DNA from: Mytilus edulis
Lineage: Eukaryota
Assembly: GCF_963676685.1 (NCBI RefSeq)
Contig: NC_092345.1
Span: 38,378,001 to 38,442,000, forward strand
Length of the DNA stretch: 64,000 bases
Direction: 5' to 3'
Shown: in pieces, positions 51,701 to 64,000 of the stretch
Position numbering within the stretch: position 1 is the stretch's first letter
How the letters are laid out: the number at the start of each line of letters is the position of its first letter
The notes under the pieces: model-generated
Seen by the model: the letters and a program-made list of their open reading frames with translations, nothing else
Told to the model about the DNA's origin: nothing
Database searches by the model: none
Program-made: the position numbers and the translations under genes

Positions 51701-51940
51701 AATGGTCTTCAGTTAATAACTTAAGATGCACCTTTAGTTGTTATAGGGACAAAAACGAAGCATCCATCACCATTTCCTGTACCACTTGAACCAATTACCG
51801 TTGATGACATTAAAGGCATTGGGTTTAACATCTATAATAACATATGGAATACAAACTATGTTTTGTGGTATCCGTATGATGAAAATGATTTCGACAAATC
51901 TATACAGACACGATATTCAATTGATTTTATGGTGAGGTAA
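30778..51940 (+). CDS. Secreted DUF5054 / GH38-like glycoside-hydrolase-related protein, 14 exons; premature TAA in the last exon of this copy
   Basis: Exons 30778-30840, 31006-31072, 31986-32197, 33041-33245, 33501-33650, 34050-34192, 34813-35038, 35392-35529, 36509-36655, 38483-38601, 42485-42686, 45121-45243, 47429-47602, 51663-51940. All GT-AG with consistent phases; total 2247 nt. Signal peptide, VHVLFMNHLDVGY, WHAGP, QRDVPG, EIGDTWIQG, PEHTWG, DAPLV and NIYNNIWNTNY motifs. Family assignment is from motif recall. Confidence 0.88.
31323..31670. mobile_element. Double-hairpin non-autonomous element, second family (intron 2)
   Basis: A roughly 160-bp palindrome centred on CCGCGAAGCGG is followed by an arm bounded by ATAAATAAATTT...AAATTTATTTAT and containing AACCAATCAG. 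Confidence 0.7.
37230..37630 (+). mobile_element. Highly degenerate Penelope-like RT relic
   Basis: Remnants of EIQDTT, KSATY and ISQLIRYSR motifs with frameshifts. Confidence 0.5.
37678..37721 (+). ncRNA. Type I hammerhead ribozyme motif (intact)
   Basis: GCATCA-CTGAAGA-GACA-tgtat-TGTC-GAAA-TGCGCA-TC/TGGTGC: full core, 6-bp stem I, 4-bp stem II, palindromic stem III, AUC cleavage triplet. Confidence 0.8.
42960..43676 (+). CDS. Penelope-like reverse transcriptase, C-terminal 238 aa
   Basis: FRYLDD, FLDL and IYDKRDDFSFPIVNYPFL...YGVYISQLVRFARVC. The ORF stops without a C-terminal GIY-YIG domain, consistent with N-terminal-endonuclease Naiad PLEs. Confidence 0.85.
   Translation: MTKISKDPSKQHLINKFNNTFRYLDDILSLNNDDFSMYINEIYPVELTLNKANTNNDHCPFLDLDIYITNGKLNTKIYDKRDDFSFPIVNYPFLDGDVPLSPSYGVYISQLVRFARVCNNVLDFNERNLCITEKLLHQGFRYHKLVKTFTKFYHRYKDIIRKYSSTCRLLIRSGISHPIFYGNILYKAQRCQYSPQKLTKPLNRLIKKGYNYDTVVKSLKIAYFGVNIESLIRSLHRN
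43727..43793 (+). promoter_or_regulatory. Type II SECIS element in the PLE 3' UTR
   Basis: ATGAT core (43738-42), helix II GGTATGATACT/AGGATTGTGCC, AAA (43754-56), CCC-ctaac-GGG mini-helix, TGAT (43780-83), helix I TCATAT/ATATGA. Confidence 0.75.
46917..46960 (-). ncRNA. Type I hammerhead ribozyme motif (intact) in a roughly 290-bp retrozyme-like repeat (about 46878-47165)
   Basis: Minus strand reads GCGTCA-CTGATGA-GTCT-tttgt-AGAC-GAAA-CGCGCG-TC/TGGCAT. Confidence 0.8.
48158..49328. mobile_element. Non-autonomous hAT element
   Basis: TIRs TAGGGATGGCAA / TTGACATCCCTA, perfect 8-bp TSD CTTTATAG (48150-57, 49329-36), subterminal CGAGTA repeats. Confidence 0.9.
49500..50712 (+). mobile_element. 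Second HINE-like family nested in the first
   Basis: TATACGAC.../GGTCGTAT subterminal IRs, (GTC)n, about four 130-bp tandem units (GGTCCAAAATTAAACTTTGTTTGATTTC); inserted into a T-tract of the host element. Confidence 0.7.
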
Positions 51941-53219
51941 AGCATGGTGAACACAGATTAATTAAATTAAAAATGTCAAAATAAAATCTTCTGTTTTATT
52001 CGTCAACTTCCGCCAGTAGTATAAAGTGCAATATAAGTATTGTCAAAAGATGTAGTATGATTTATTATGTATAAATATATTAATTGTAGATATATACACG
52101 CATGTTAAATGTACGCAGCATCAATAAAACGTATCAGATAACGAATACAAGTTGTCTCCCATTGAATATATGTTTCGTATAACTATAATCAGTGACATAT
52201 AGCACAAGATTTTCGCAACTGTCCAAATTATCTTTAACTATCACAAACACCAACGAACACTCACGAGAACTCCTTGGTCATTAGAATTACAGAAGGACGG
52301 TCTTAGAAATACTTTTTTTTAAACTGAATAGCTTTCAGTGTAGTAAGGGTTTAGTATGTTTTTTATTACTCTTTCTGCATAAGCGGTTTTGTATTCTTAC
52401 GTAAACGGAAAAAAGTCACAGGACAGAAGGTCACAAATTTGAAATCACAGTCACTACGGCATGTACGGTGGCAGTTCATTCATTTTTGAAAAGACAGTTC
52501 TGACTCACACACATATTATGTTTACCACATTTACGCTATTGAAGATACACAGCATGTGTAGTCATGTAAAATAACATTGCAAAATATGGTGTATTGAATA
52601 CCAGAGAAGAGCTGTTAAAAGTCTGGGTTTTCAGTATTTGCCTAGTTTTTTCCAACGACCCTTTGGAAGAACCCATCCCTTACGAAGAGTCTGATTTAGA
52701 GGGGGAAATCAGCTCTCACCAGCAAGTCTTTAAGGCATTTGGGAATACGTAAAGCCAAGAATATCTAGATTTTTGTTTTATTTCTTCCCAATTTTTGCCG
52801 ATAAGGTGTTATAACTTGTCGGCATATTCGACCGCAAAGTTCTTGTTTTCGTCTTTTAGCAGTATTATTTGTGAAACAAATCCGTTCTATTCGGCTGTAA
52901 GTAATGCTCTTGGTGTAATATATAAGACGATAATAACTCAAAGGAGAAATGTATTGATGTTTGTGTTACGGCTTACAATACATATTTAATAACCTGTTTT
53001 CGTTGGTATCATTTGGTGTCAACGTTTTCAACTTTTGTATCCAAAATCTTCCCAGAGTGACACTCTCCTCTCTGAACCATGGTGCACGTCGTATCAGTCG
53101 GGTGACTATTGAAAATCTGGAACATTTAAAATTGTTATGTAAATATGTTACCTCTAAGAAGACAACTAATCAGAAAATCAAATGCCGACAATGAATTTTC
53201 TACCATAAATACGATACAT

Positions 53220-53900
53220 CAAACCGAGCAACAAGTAATCACTATGCTAGAGTTGACAATATATGTGTTGAATTTATAGGTACACTTTTACAACAAATTA
53301 CCGACATTTCTAACCGAACTAACTGTGCGTCTCTTCTTATCGACCTCTTACTGCCATACACGAATATAAAAGAAGCCAAATCATTTAACTTCACATTCAA
53401 ATTTATTTATGGTGTTTTTTCAATTAACATACAAGACTTTTCTGATATGGTTTTATTATTATATACTCCAAAACAAGAAATTAAAGAAACAGCAGACACG
53501 GCTTTATCTGCCTATTAATTTCAAGACGATTTTCTTGAATACGTAAAAAGCGGTCATCTCAGTACCCGAAACTCTGACAAACAAGAAGTTTTTATTTTTT
53601 TAAATATAACTTTTCACCATCTTAACAGCAATATACCAACTTCACCAGAATATGAGATATACATTTCAATACTTATTCGATATCTGAGATGTTGAAACTG
53701 CTACTCAGACTTTGTAAAACGTCCAAGTGTCTAAGAAAAAGTTAATGAATCAGGATTATGTCAAAGACCGATTCGCCCTTTTTCTCTAAAATTGCAGTGG
53801 AAGATACCAAGACCTTGTTTATATCAATGTCCATGTCAAGTCCACAAATAATGCATGATGGTCTTGAAGTATAGCTTCTATTGTTGATACTTTATTCGTT
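53220..53900 (+). mobile_element. Degenerate Penelope-like RT relic
   Basis: Remnants VDNICVEF, TNCASLLIDL, EIKETADTALSA and SNIPTSPEY...ILIRY with frameshifts. Confidence 0.6.
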
Positions 53901-54549
53901 TCATATTGATTAAAGTTATAAAATTATATTGGCTGTTTCAATTAAATTTATTTTACAGTTTTACCGAGCTGTGAGACTCCTCATTAAGAAGAGCAATTTT
54001 GTTGTTTCTTTTTTTTTCCTAAGAACTCTCTTTTGCTGATAAGATACTACAAATTAAACGAGAAGTCCATGCATTTCCTGTCAATAAAGTATCATTTGAA
54101 TCGAGAATTGTAACATATATCAATATGTTAAATCGATATTCGAAAGACGGTTGTGGCATAATTCATGCCTATCACATACGTTGTCGTATTTATCTGTGTT
54201 TACAAAATATCTTATCGTTTCATCAAATGTTATAGTGCGAAGTATGTACAGCGGTTTTGTCGTTTCATAAATTTTGTTATTTTGTCATAATACATCCATA
54301 ATGTTTGGATTTTTCGCGGATCATGACATTCTTATGAATAATTACTAAAAGTGCATTTTTTATTGAATCAAAAACAAGTATACTCAAAATCTCTGTATAT
54401 AGTTCCAGTCATCACATACACTTATGAAAGAGCAGATGTGTGCTGTGTTACTATTATTTTATTTTACAGGAAACATATTCATTTGTTAATAAAATGAAAC
54501 TTGATCTAGTATCAAATATTTCCGTATATTGTCATTTGAAAAAATAATT

Positions 54550-57500
54550 ATGGCGGTGTTAATCAGTTTTAGTTTGATCATATTAATCTCAGTGATCACC
54601 TGTAAGTACTTTTATCTTTTTCTTTGTTCATTGATTTATATAAAATCACACGATTTTAGAACGATGAGTTTTTTTGTATCGTAGACGTAATAATACATTT
54701 TATATTGCGCTGCCTGTAAGGAGTTCTGTAGGAGGCGAGTGTCTTGCTATTCATTTTAAATTTTAATTTAATAGGTCATGGAATTCTTTCTTCCACTATA
54801 ACTTTAAATGTAATAAGTTATGGAATCATTACATCCCCTCTAACATGTCAATTCAATCCTTGTATTCCCTCATTAATTCTCATGTATGTATTTAAAAAAT
54901 ATAGATGAAGTTAAACCATTTAGGATTATAATCAAGAGAGAAATAGAAGACAATAATCAAATTTGAATTGAAAATAAGTTACATAGTTATGATGAAAATA
55001 GTAATTTATTTTATACAAACATATAAAACTTAGTCGAGATTAAGGATCTAACCTAATGTTCCACGATTCTATTTCACCAAACTCCGTATAACTTACTCCA
55101 ATCTGAAAATTGAAAAGGATGGCTATTTTCAATCTCCTAAAGGAGATGGTTTATCTTAAGTTCTTGAAAACGGGGAAAATTCACTTTTCGAGTGTAAAAG
55201 AGTAATAAATTCAGATAAATTCTCGTTAGAATTTTTTTTTAAAGATGGTAGAACTGAGAACAGAATCACCATAATTTTCCACGTTTTTATATATATATTT
55301 CATGACTGCATCAGTTTAATTCATGTTTACTTTATATTGTATTTAAATTATATGTATAAAACCCTCTTCTTATTTAGCCAAACAGTGTAACATATAGATC
55401 TGAAATATTTTTGTTATTTCCTGCGCGGGATTATAGCAGCCTGCACTGTGTCCAGATTGAATAATTAAGCTTATGTAAAAGTATCTACAACTGTTTATTA
55501 TCAAAGATGAAGTATATCTAAATTTTTTAGTCAGCTTGCATTAGTTTTCCAATACTTACGTGACGAATCAAGAATGTAACTTACAATTCAACAAGCCAGT
55601 TCTCACAGGTAAACAGCTTGGGAACAACCCCTGAAATGAAGGATAATCCCACAATGTAATGACTATCGCTTTTTTAAGGGGTAGATTCCAAGTAATTAGA
55701 AATATTTGTTGTTAAAAAAAACATACTATTTGCAAAAACTTTTCCCAAAGAACTATACATCTATCTAATAACATATTGCTAAAACATGTCTAAGAATTTT
55801 GGAATATTCATGGACTACAATTTTTTTAATTTCAAAATTATAAATAGTAGAATTAAACTCATCATAGAACCAGGATTAAAACTTTATATTTACGCTAGAA
55901 GCGCGTTTCGTCTACAAAAGATTCATCAGTGACGCTCAAATCAACAAATGTAAAAAAAAAATAAAAAAGGCCAAATAAAGTACGTAGTTGAAGAGCATTG
56001 AGAACCAAAAAGAATAGAAAAGTTGTTCTAAATATAATGAATTTTCGCCTTTTTAGCTCAACTCGCCAAAAGGCCCAAGTGAGCTTTTCTCAACACTTTG
56101 CGTCCGTCGTCGTCCGTATTCGTTTACTTTTACAAAAATCTTCTCCTCTGAAAATACTGGGCCAATTTAAACCAAACCTGGCCACCATCATCATTGGGGT
56201 ATCTAGTTTGAAAAATATGTCCGGTGACCCGGTCAACCAACCAAGATGGCGCCATGGCTGAAAAAAGAACATAGTGGTAAAATGTAGATTTTGGCTTATA
56301 TCTCTGAAACCAAAGCATTTAAAGCAAATCTGACAGGGGTAAAATTGTTAATCAGGTAAAGATCTATCTGCCCTGAAATTTCAGATGAATCCGAGAACCC
56401 GCTGTTGAGTTTCTGCCCCTAAATTGGTATTTTAAGGAAATTTTTCCGCTTTTGGTTATTATCTTGAATACTATAATGGATAGAGATAAACTGTAAACTG
56501 CAATAATGTTCAGCAAAGTAAGATCTACAAATAAGTCAACATTACCAAAATGGTCAATTGACACCTTAAGGAGTAATTGCCCTTTATATTCAATTTTTAC
56601 AATTCTTTTACATTTTTTGTAATCTTTTACAAAAATCTTCTCTGGTGGTTCTAAGACAAATTTAATCAAACTTGTCCACAATCGTCATTAGGGCATCTAG
56701 TTTAAAAATGTGTCCGATGACCCCGCCCGTGAACCAAGATGGCCGCCATGGCTTAAAATAGTACATAGGGTAAAATGCAGATTTTGACTCATATCTCTGA
56801 AACCAAAGCATAAAGACAAAATATGCTGTAGATAAAATTGTTCATTAGGCCAAGATCTATCCTCCCTGAAACTTTCAGACCATTCGGGCAACTTGTTAGG
56901 CTGCAGCCTGAATTAGTAATTTTAAGGAAATTTTGCAGCTTTTGGTTATTATCTTGAATATTATTATAGATAGAGATAAACTGTAAATAGCTATAACGTA
57001 AAGCAAAGTAAGAGCTACAAATAAGTCCACTTGACCAAAGTGGTCAATTGACCTCATACGGAGTTATTGTCCTTTATAGTCATTTTTTAAACATGTTCAT
57101 AAATTTTGATCTACAAACACATCACAAACACCAAAACACAATTTTGTCACGAATCCATCTGTCTCCTCAATGGAAATTATTTTTTGGCATACTTGATTTA
57201 CATAGGATTTTTCAATAAAATGTTGAAAATATGCTTTAAACATTGCAAAAAACAAATATTTCATCCTTTTCATATTGGATACAAATTCTATTAAGTCTGA
57301 TGCAGACATTTCATAGTCAAAGCGTTGCAACTGAGATACTACACAGGCGTCAAAAGGCGTCATTATGGAGGAAAGGAATAATAAGCACATAGATCAAAAT
57401 GAGCGACACAGGCTCTTTGGAGCTTCTAGTTTAGTTTAAAAAGCCAAGTTTTTGGTTTTTCTCTTCTATACAACAGCGAATTACTCCCTTTCTGAGGGGG

Positions 57501-60500
57501 CAGTTTATTTGATATAGACATAATTATATATTAACTGTTTACAAAATTTTAATTTTTTGAAATAATAAGGTTTTTCTACCTCAGGAATATATTTAATACC
57601 TTAGCTGTATTTGGCAAAACCTTTAGGAATTGCTTGTCCTCAATGCTCTTCAACTTCGTACTTTTGTTTAGCCTTTTTATCTGATAAGTCCTTTGTAGAC
57701 GAAACGCGCGTCTGGCGCAAGTATAAACAAATTCAATCCTGGTATCTATGGTGAGCTTATTTCTTCATTAAATGAATATCCCTTATAGGGTTTGGGTGAT
57801 ATTTCAATAAATGAATGGATGGACCGTTAACGTTCAGTGGAAACTATAACATTTATGTCATGACGAATATTTGTTGATTTAATATTCACAAAATCTGCAT
57901 TGTACTTAACCGACACTCTGAGCCAAATTTTAAGCATGGAAATTCACAGTGTAAAAGTTCGTAGGTAGACATATCCCCCTCCCAGACCTGTGACAATATA
58001 TTTTCATTCGATACATGGCGAAAAATTAGGATCGACCACTCCCCCATATTTCCGCCTGAATAGTTTAAGTTATAAGCATTTTTTTTTTCGTTTACAACAT
58101 AATTGTCTGTATGGAAAGTAATGTTGTATCTGTATTGGTAAAAGACTGGATATAAATGGTCGGTGAACATCATATTTCATATAGTCTAGCTTTATTATAA
58201 TAAGTTTTCTATGTGTTTTATTCGGGAGCTTAACTTAACTTCTAAGGCCCCCTTAACAAATTCTTTGTTTGATGTTGCCTACCCGTGCCTTGTAGGTTCA
58301 GGTAGGTAGAAAAAGATTATTTTTTGGACCAACAATTTACATGTTTTAAAAACGTTAAAAAAAGTTAGTAACTATTTTGATCTGAGCGTCACTGATGAGT
58401 CTTATGTAGAGGAATACGCATATGGCGTATTAGATTATAATCATGGTACCTTTAATGATTAATTAGAGCACAATTGATTTTTTTAACTTTGTGTTATTAA
58501 CTGATTTGTGTAGATCGCTATTTGGATGGGTAGTTAGGCAGCATCAACCAATTATATGATTCAATTTTATGTCTGGCCTCAATGCCAAATTATTGCTGTT
58601 ACAGATATTTCTGATACTGATGCAGAAACAACGAATGGCCCATGTACATTTACCGACAACAAAGAAGGTATGTCAACAGTATTAATATAATATATTACAT
58701 TGAATTTGTAATATAAGTGATTTCGTAAAATTCCTGAAATTTCAGACCGGTTAATTTCTGTGGCATTTCATTTTATATCAGATATTTCACTTTCCTCTGT
58801 TGGAGATCATTGTCGCTCGTGTAAGATCTGATAACGAGGACAATCTGAGGTGAATGCTTAAAAATAGTCTTAATTAAATGTATAAAGGTCTCCAATATAG
58901 AGATATGATATCACATTGTAGGGTGATTTGTATGAATCACATATTTTTGTTAATCAGTTAAACTGTACGTAATTTATATAAGTCAAAGATTGTTTAAACA
59001 TTCAAAATTTTGTTATTCTGAAAACAAAAACCTTGATTTACCGTACGCAGGGAAATATGAAAAAAATAAAAACACCGAGCTCCCAGGAAATTTCTAAACA
59101 AAAAGTCCTTAAGGAAAAGCAAATTCAAAAGCTCAAACACATCAACCAAATGATTAACAACTGTCATATTCCTGACTGGGTAGGAAATGGTGGGTTAAGC
59201 CTTGTTTTATTGCTAGCTAAATCCCTCACTTGTATGACAGTCGCATAAAATTCCATTATATTGACAACGATGTATGAAAAATAAACACCAGACATAATGG
59301 AAATTTTTTTTTAAATAGTGGCAATTCGACATTGTGTTATCATCTTATTCACTATAAAAACAAACAAATATGTAAACAACCAAAAAAAACATTAAAGCAT
59401 ATAGACAAAGGACATTAGCGAAAATGAATGACAGGAATACAAAAATTCACCATAGCACAATAACACAATGATGGGATGTATAAGTACCTTCCCACATAAA
59501 ATGAATATTACCAAAATGGACTGATCAGTAAACGTAATAATTTACGAAGACAAATAAAAGAATACCATGACACGTTATTAAGATAATACACAAAGTCAAT
59601 ACCTAGAATCTATACTTCAAGACCATCGTGTAGTATTTGTGAAGTTGATATGGAATATTTATCAATAACATGAATAAGGTCTGGGTATTTTCCGATATTT
59701 TGTTTTCGTAAAAGGACAAGACGTCCTTTAATATACCCCTAGTTCATCACCTTTGTTCACCCTCTAGTTCATACTCGTTTTAAGTGAAAGGCATTGTATC
59801 GACGGAATCGAAGTCACAACGACCATTGAATTACTGAACCTCGTGTCATGGTTTTAATGGTATATCGTTGCATATCATTTCCACATCAGATACTACATTT
59901 TTGAGAGAAAAACATAATTAGACATACTTTATTCACAACAATTTACATCAGATGACACTAACACAAGATAAAATACCTTGAACGCCTGTAATATACAAAT
60001 TTACTGACGGTTTATTTATTATTTTATACAAATATGTTAGTGTAAAGTGTCTTAGAAATCTCCAAGTTTACGCTACGTTAATTGTTTTATGAATATCTTT
60101 TTTTTTCTTTTGCAGGAGAACCACTAATGTTTTTTTCAGCAGGATTTATGACAGCATCCTTAGTATTTTCCATCGGTTGCTTTGTTTCAAAACGCAGCAC
60201 CCAACCAAGGTATACACGATATAATATACTCATATTCATATGTTCATTAAAGGTCAACACTACAAAACATAAATCATATCTATTCATCAACAAATTAAGG
60301 TAGCCTTAAAATCCTTAAAGCAAAGTATCTTTAACGGTGTAATTTTGAGACAGAGTCAACTTGAATAAAATGAGTTAACATTTTCTTTGATATTTTTTTT
60401 TAATTTGTTGATGTGTTGAAAATAAAGGGAAATGCACTTCATCTTCTAACACCAACAAACTCTGAATGTTCTGAATTCTTTATAACGATCTCACCCTACC

Positions 60501-62562
60501 AAGGAACTGTGGTCAGCTATCAGAAATCTCCCCCGTCCTCGAAGGCATTTTATTTTAAAATTTATAAAAATAACGACATGTTCACAGTGCAAGTGTTTCA
60601 TTCATTTGCAGAAATCATGCTTTGATTATGCTTACACATTAAGTTTTTGTATCTTGCTTTTTTACCAGATTAGGTATGAGTGCCCATGAGAACACTCTCC
60701 ATCCAAGTACAATGTATAAAAATTAACACCTATAGGTCAAATATGTCTCGTTGGCACTCATACCTCATTTTCTTATATCTAAATACAAAGTAATGAAACG
60801 GAGCCTTGGCTAAATTGCAAATTATGCGTCCTGTGCTCAATTTTTCAATTTAAATAAATTTAGCGTTTAACTGCCATTTTTATATATAACAAAATCACAG
60901 TTCGTGGATGTCTGTTCATTTCTATCTATATATTACTGTTTTTAGTTTACTTTATTCTTATATTCCTCGATTACGACATCATTATCCCCGTAGCTTTGCT
61001 TGCCATGAAGTACACGACAGGTTTCCCTTGTTGATCAAGTACCACATACTAATGCGCATTCTTTGATAATTTTTTTAATAGTATTTTGTCTTTCGTCTTC
61101 TAACTTTAGGATATGGTGTTGTACAGTAATCCTCGACATTTTGATTTTGACTATCCTCAGGGCATCTTCTTCCTCTTTTATTTGTTTTTTTTAATATTTC
61201 TTTATTCACATTTTCAAAGTATTGTATAATACAATCTCAACTAAAATTTAAAAAAATACGACAAATTCAAATTTATTTAACATTTGTCTTATTTGCTTAC
61301 ACTGACTAGTATATTTTATTTTGTTATTCAGCAATAAGAACAATAATGACACTACGATAACTGACCCAGGGGAACTTATGTTTGCAACAGCACCAGATAA
61401 TGTATACGTTAACGAAGGATCGTGTGAGTCCGATCGTAAAAGTTATGGATACTGCAATATTGAAAAGAACTCTGAAAACTGTTCTCAGTCATCGAAATCT
61501 AAAAAGATATTAAGTCAACTAGATTCGTATGATATGGTTGAGCACAATCGTGCAAAATCGCATTTGGGGAATGATGAAGATGATTCAAATCCGTATAACC
61601 ATGTGACAGTCGATATGGAGGTTACCGAATACGACAACGCATGTTTTCAAAAGCCAAGGGCTGCAGTCATGGATCCAACATATTCTCATTTGTCAGAAGC
61701 AAACTTGCATATTGAAAGTCCTAATGCTACAAAACAAAAAGGTGACGAAGTAAACAACCAAACAAAGAGTTCCAATGCTGAAACAAATTCAAAAGATCAA
61801 CAGCAAAACACGTCAGAAAGGCAAAAGCCAAGGAAACCAGAAACGGAAAAAAGATACCAAAGGAAACCAGACTTACCACAGAAGCCTGAAATCAAAACTG
61901 ATTACAGAAAAAAACCAAAACTAAAGGTTTTAGTGAATGGCGAAGAGCAGATACAAGAACATAAGATATGCTTAAATGCTGAAATGGAGGAAAGCTCAAA
62001 TATGACAAATTATGAAACCGACAATGATAAACTTGAAATAAAAGAGGGAAATAGGCTTAACAGAAAGAAGTTTGGATACTCTATCGTCCAGAAAAAGAAA
62101 GAAATCCCAAATAAAGATTCAGCAGAAACACCATATGGATCCGATGCATTTGAAGTTTCATGTGACGACGACGAAAAATCCTTCAAAATCAGGAGTAAAA
62201 ATAAAGAACATAACACTGCAGAGAAATCAACTGAAGCAAAGAATGGGAAATCATCACTTGAGGTTTTGTTCGATCAAAGTAATGGTTCTTTCCTCTTTAT
62301 TTCAAGTTGTGAAGAGAGCAATGAAAGGAGCAACAAACACGTTTTTCCTGAAACCAATGACGGAAAATTAGCATTCCCAAATGGTAGGTATGAAACGTCA
62401 AGTAATAATGATAGTGATTCAGAAACCGAATTACTTCCACCTGGAATGGCCATCAATATTTTGTATGAGGATGTGCCAATTACCAAAGGAAATGTCAGGA
62501 TCAGTGCTGTTGATGAGTCTTCGGATCAGGAACTTGAATCGTCTCATGAACAATCTGAGTAG
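54550..62562 (+). CDS. Single-pass membrane protein with tiny ectodomain and tyrosine-motif-rich disordered tail (about 479 aa, transmembrane-adaptor-like)
   Basis: Exons 54550-54601 (MAVLISFSLIILISVIT), 58605-58667 (YISDTDAETTNGPCTFTDNKE), 60116-60209 (GEPLMFFSAGFMTASLVFSIGCFVSKRSTQP), 61332-62562. GT-AG introns; phases 1, 1, 2 join in frame; total 1440 nt. Confidence 0.78.
56050..57431 (+). mobile_element. HINE/pearl-like element of the same family as 47612-51166
   Basis: Shared 5' TTTTAGCTCA...GTGAGCTTTTCTCA, (GTC)n, tandem internal units and 3' TGAGCGACACAGGCTCT...TCTAG. Confidence 0.75.
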
Positions 62563-63314
62563 AATTACTCTATTTGAACATTTAGCTTATCTGAACAGTA
62601 TAATATACTATGGATTTATTATAATTCGTGGGATGCTAATTTTCGTTGATTTCGTGGTTACAGGTGAACCACGAATCTAAATGTTCAACAAAGAACAAAT
62701 TTTATAAAGGTCTGTATGCACTTCTCACTAGTACTACGAAATCAAATATCCACGAAAATACAAAAGTTTCCTCAATCCATGAAAGTTGGTACCCACACAA
62801 CAGTGAATCCACAGTAGATTAAAATCCTTATTCTACATCGACCTTGAATGACGTAATTTCATTATTTTGATAATCAAGGATATGCACGTTACGGGTACTT
62901 GCTAAATAAATGCCAGAAATTGTATATGCATTTTATAAATTGATTATTTTTTAACAAAATGCTTCAAATTATTACATAGACAGGAGTATTGAGACACTGT
63001 TTTTTTTTGGTGTTTTGTTTTTATTATCTGAAAAACTCAGAGCTTTGTGATACATAGATACATAAATAATTTACGATACAAGTATTACAACTAAATCTGT
63101 GAATAGCAGTCTCAAGCTAAAAAGCCACTTTTAGTATTGCACAACATAAAACAGTTTATTAAAAAATAATTGATAGTTATACTGCATTCATTAGTATTGT
63201 TGTGAAGGATTTATAAAATTACATCCTTTATCAATAGGGAATTAAATCTTTTGACTTGTTGGGAGAGTGCCATGCACGTTAAGAATTTTTTCATGCATCA
63301 GTAGGCGAGCTGTT

Positions 63315-63400
63315 AAAAAACTCATTTTTCGTAGCATATCATATATACCGTCATTTCTAGTTGACTGTATATATGATATGCTACGAAAAATGAGTTTTTT
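63315..63400. repeat. Perfect 34-bp inverted repeat (hairpin)
   Basis: AAAAAACTCATTTTTCGTAGCATATCATATATAC (63315-48) and its reverse complement (63367-400), with an 18-nt spacer. Confidence 0.9.
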
Positions 63401-64000
63401 TTAAATACTGATTTTTTATCCAGTAAAGTAAATCTATTGCATAACTTGACTAATGATTATTTTTATTACTTGTCCTCTTTTGGACCTGAAATGGACAGAA
63501 AAATAAACAAACAGTCAAACAATCAATGCTGTTCATATTTTTATTTGATCATTTTGAATAAACAAAGTGTTTTCCACCAATGAAATTGTTGGATTTGATG
63601 TGTATTAATTATGAAAAATGAATGTAATTCTGTTTATATTCTCTTTATACACATACATACCACACTTTTATTTTGATATATAGATTTTCTATTTTGTCAA
63701 AGAAATTTTGATTATCATAAAAGGACACTCTGAAATACAGAATGGGTACATATTGCCGTAGTTTCACCGTATTTATTAATCATAGACATTAATTCGTTCA
63801 TTCGGTATTTGAAGAAATGAACATATTTTTTCTGACCCTTTTATTATCTCAATAATAATGTTATTCTAGCTATTACAGAGAACGATATTTTCACTTGATA
63901 ACTATATTAGCTCTAATTAATGTTATAAATATGAAATAATGTTCATAATAAACTCATCATAAATACCAGGATTCCAATTTTATATTTACGCCAGACGCGC

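Noticed and set aside
43727-51724. SECIS-mediated readthrough of the host gene's premature stop
   Set aside because: The stop is TAA, not TGA, and the SECIS is intronic and upstream of it.

Overview
AT-rich, intron-rich eukaryotic genomic DNA. The repeat families suggest a mytilid mussel (Mytilus-like bivalve); this is an inference from memory, not a database result. By hand-splicing I support five host genes: three paralogous small secreted His-rich, BRICHOS-like genes (A on minus, running off the left edge; B on minus; C on plus); a 14-exon secreted DUF5054/GH38-like gene (30778-51940) with an in-frame TAA in its last exon; and a 4-exon single-pass membrane gene (54550-62562) built like a transmembrane adaptor (tiny ectodomain, long tyrosine-motif tail). 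Mobile DNA: a young LINE with intact ORF2 between two near-identical 1.65-kb direct repeats; five Penelope-like (Naiad-type) fragments, the youngest with a canonical type II SECIS in its 3' UTR; several type I hammerhead ribozyme motifs, two of them intact; a Ginger-like relic; a hAT MITE; nested Helentron-type elements; a tRNA-derived SINE; and foldback elements. All alignments, folds and splice models were done by eye.
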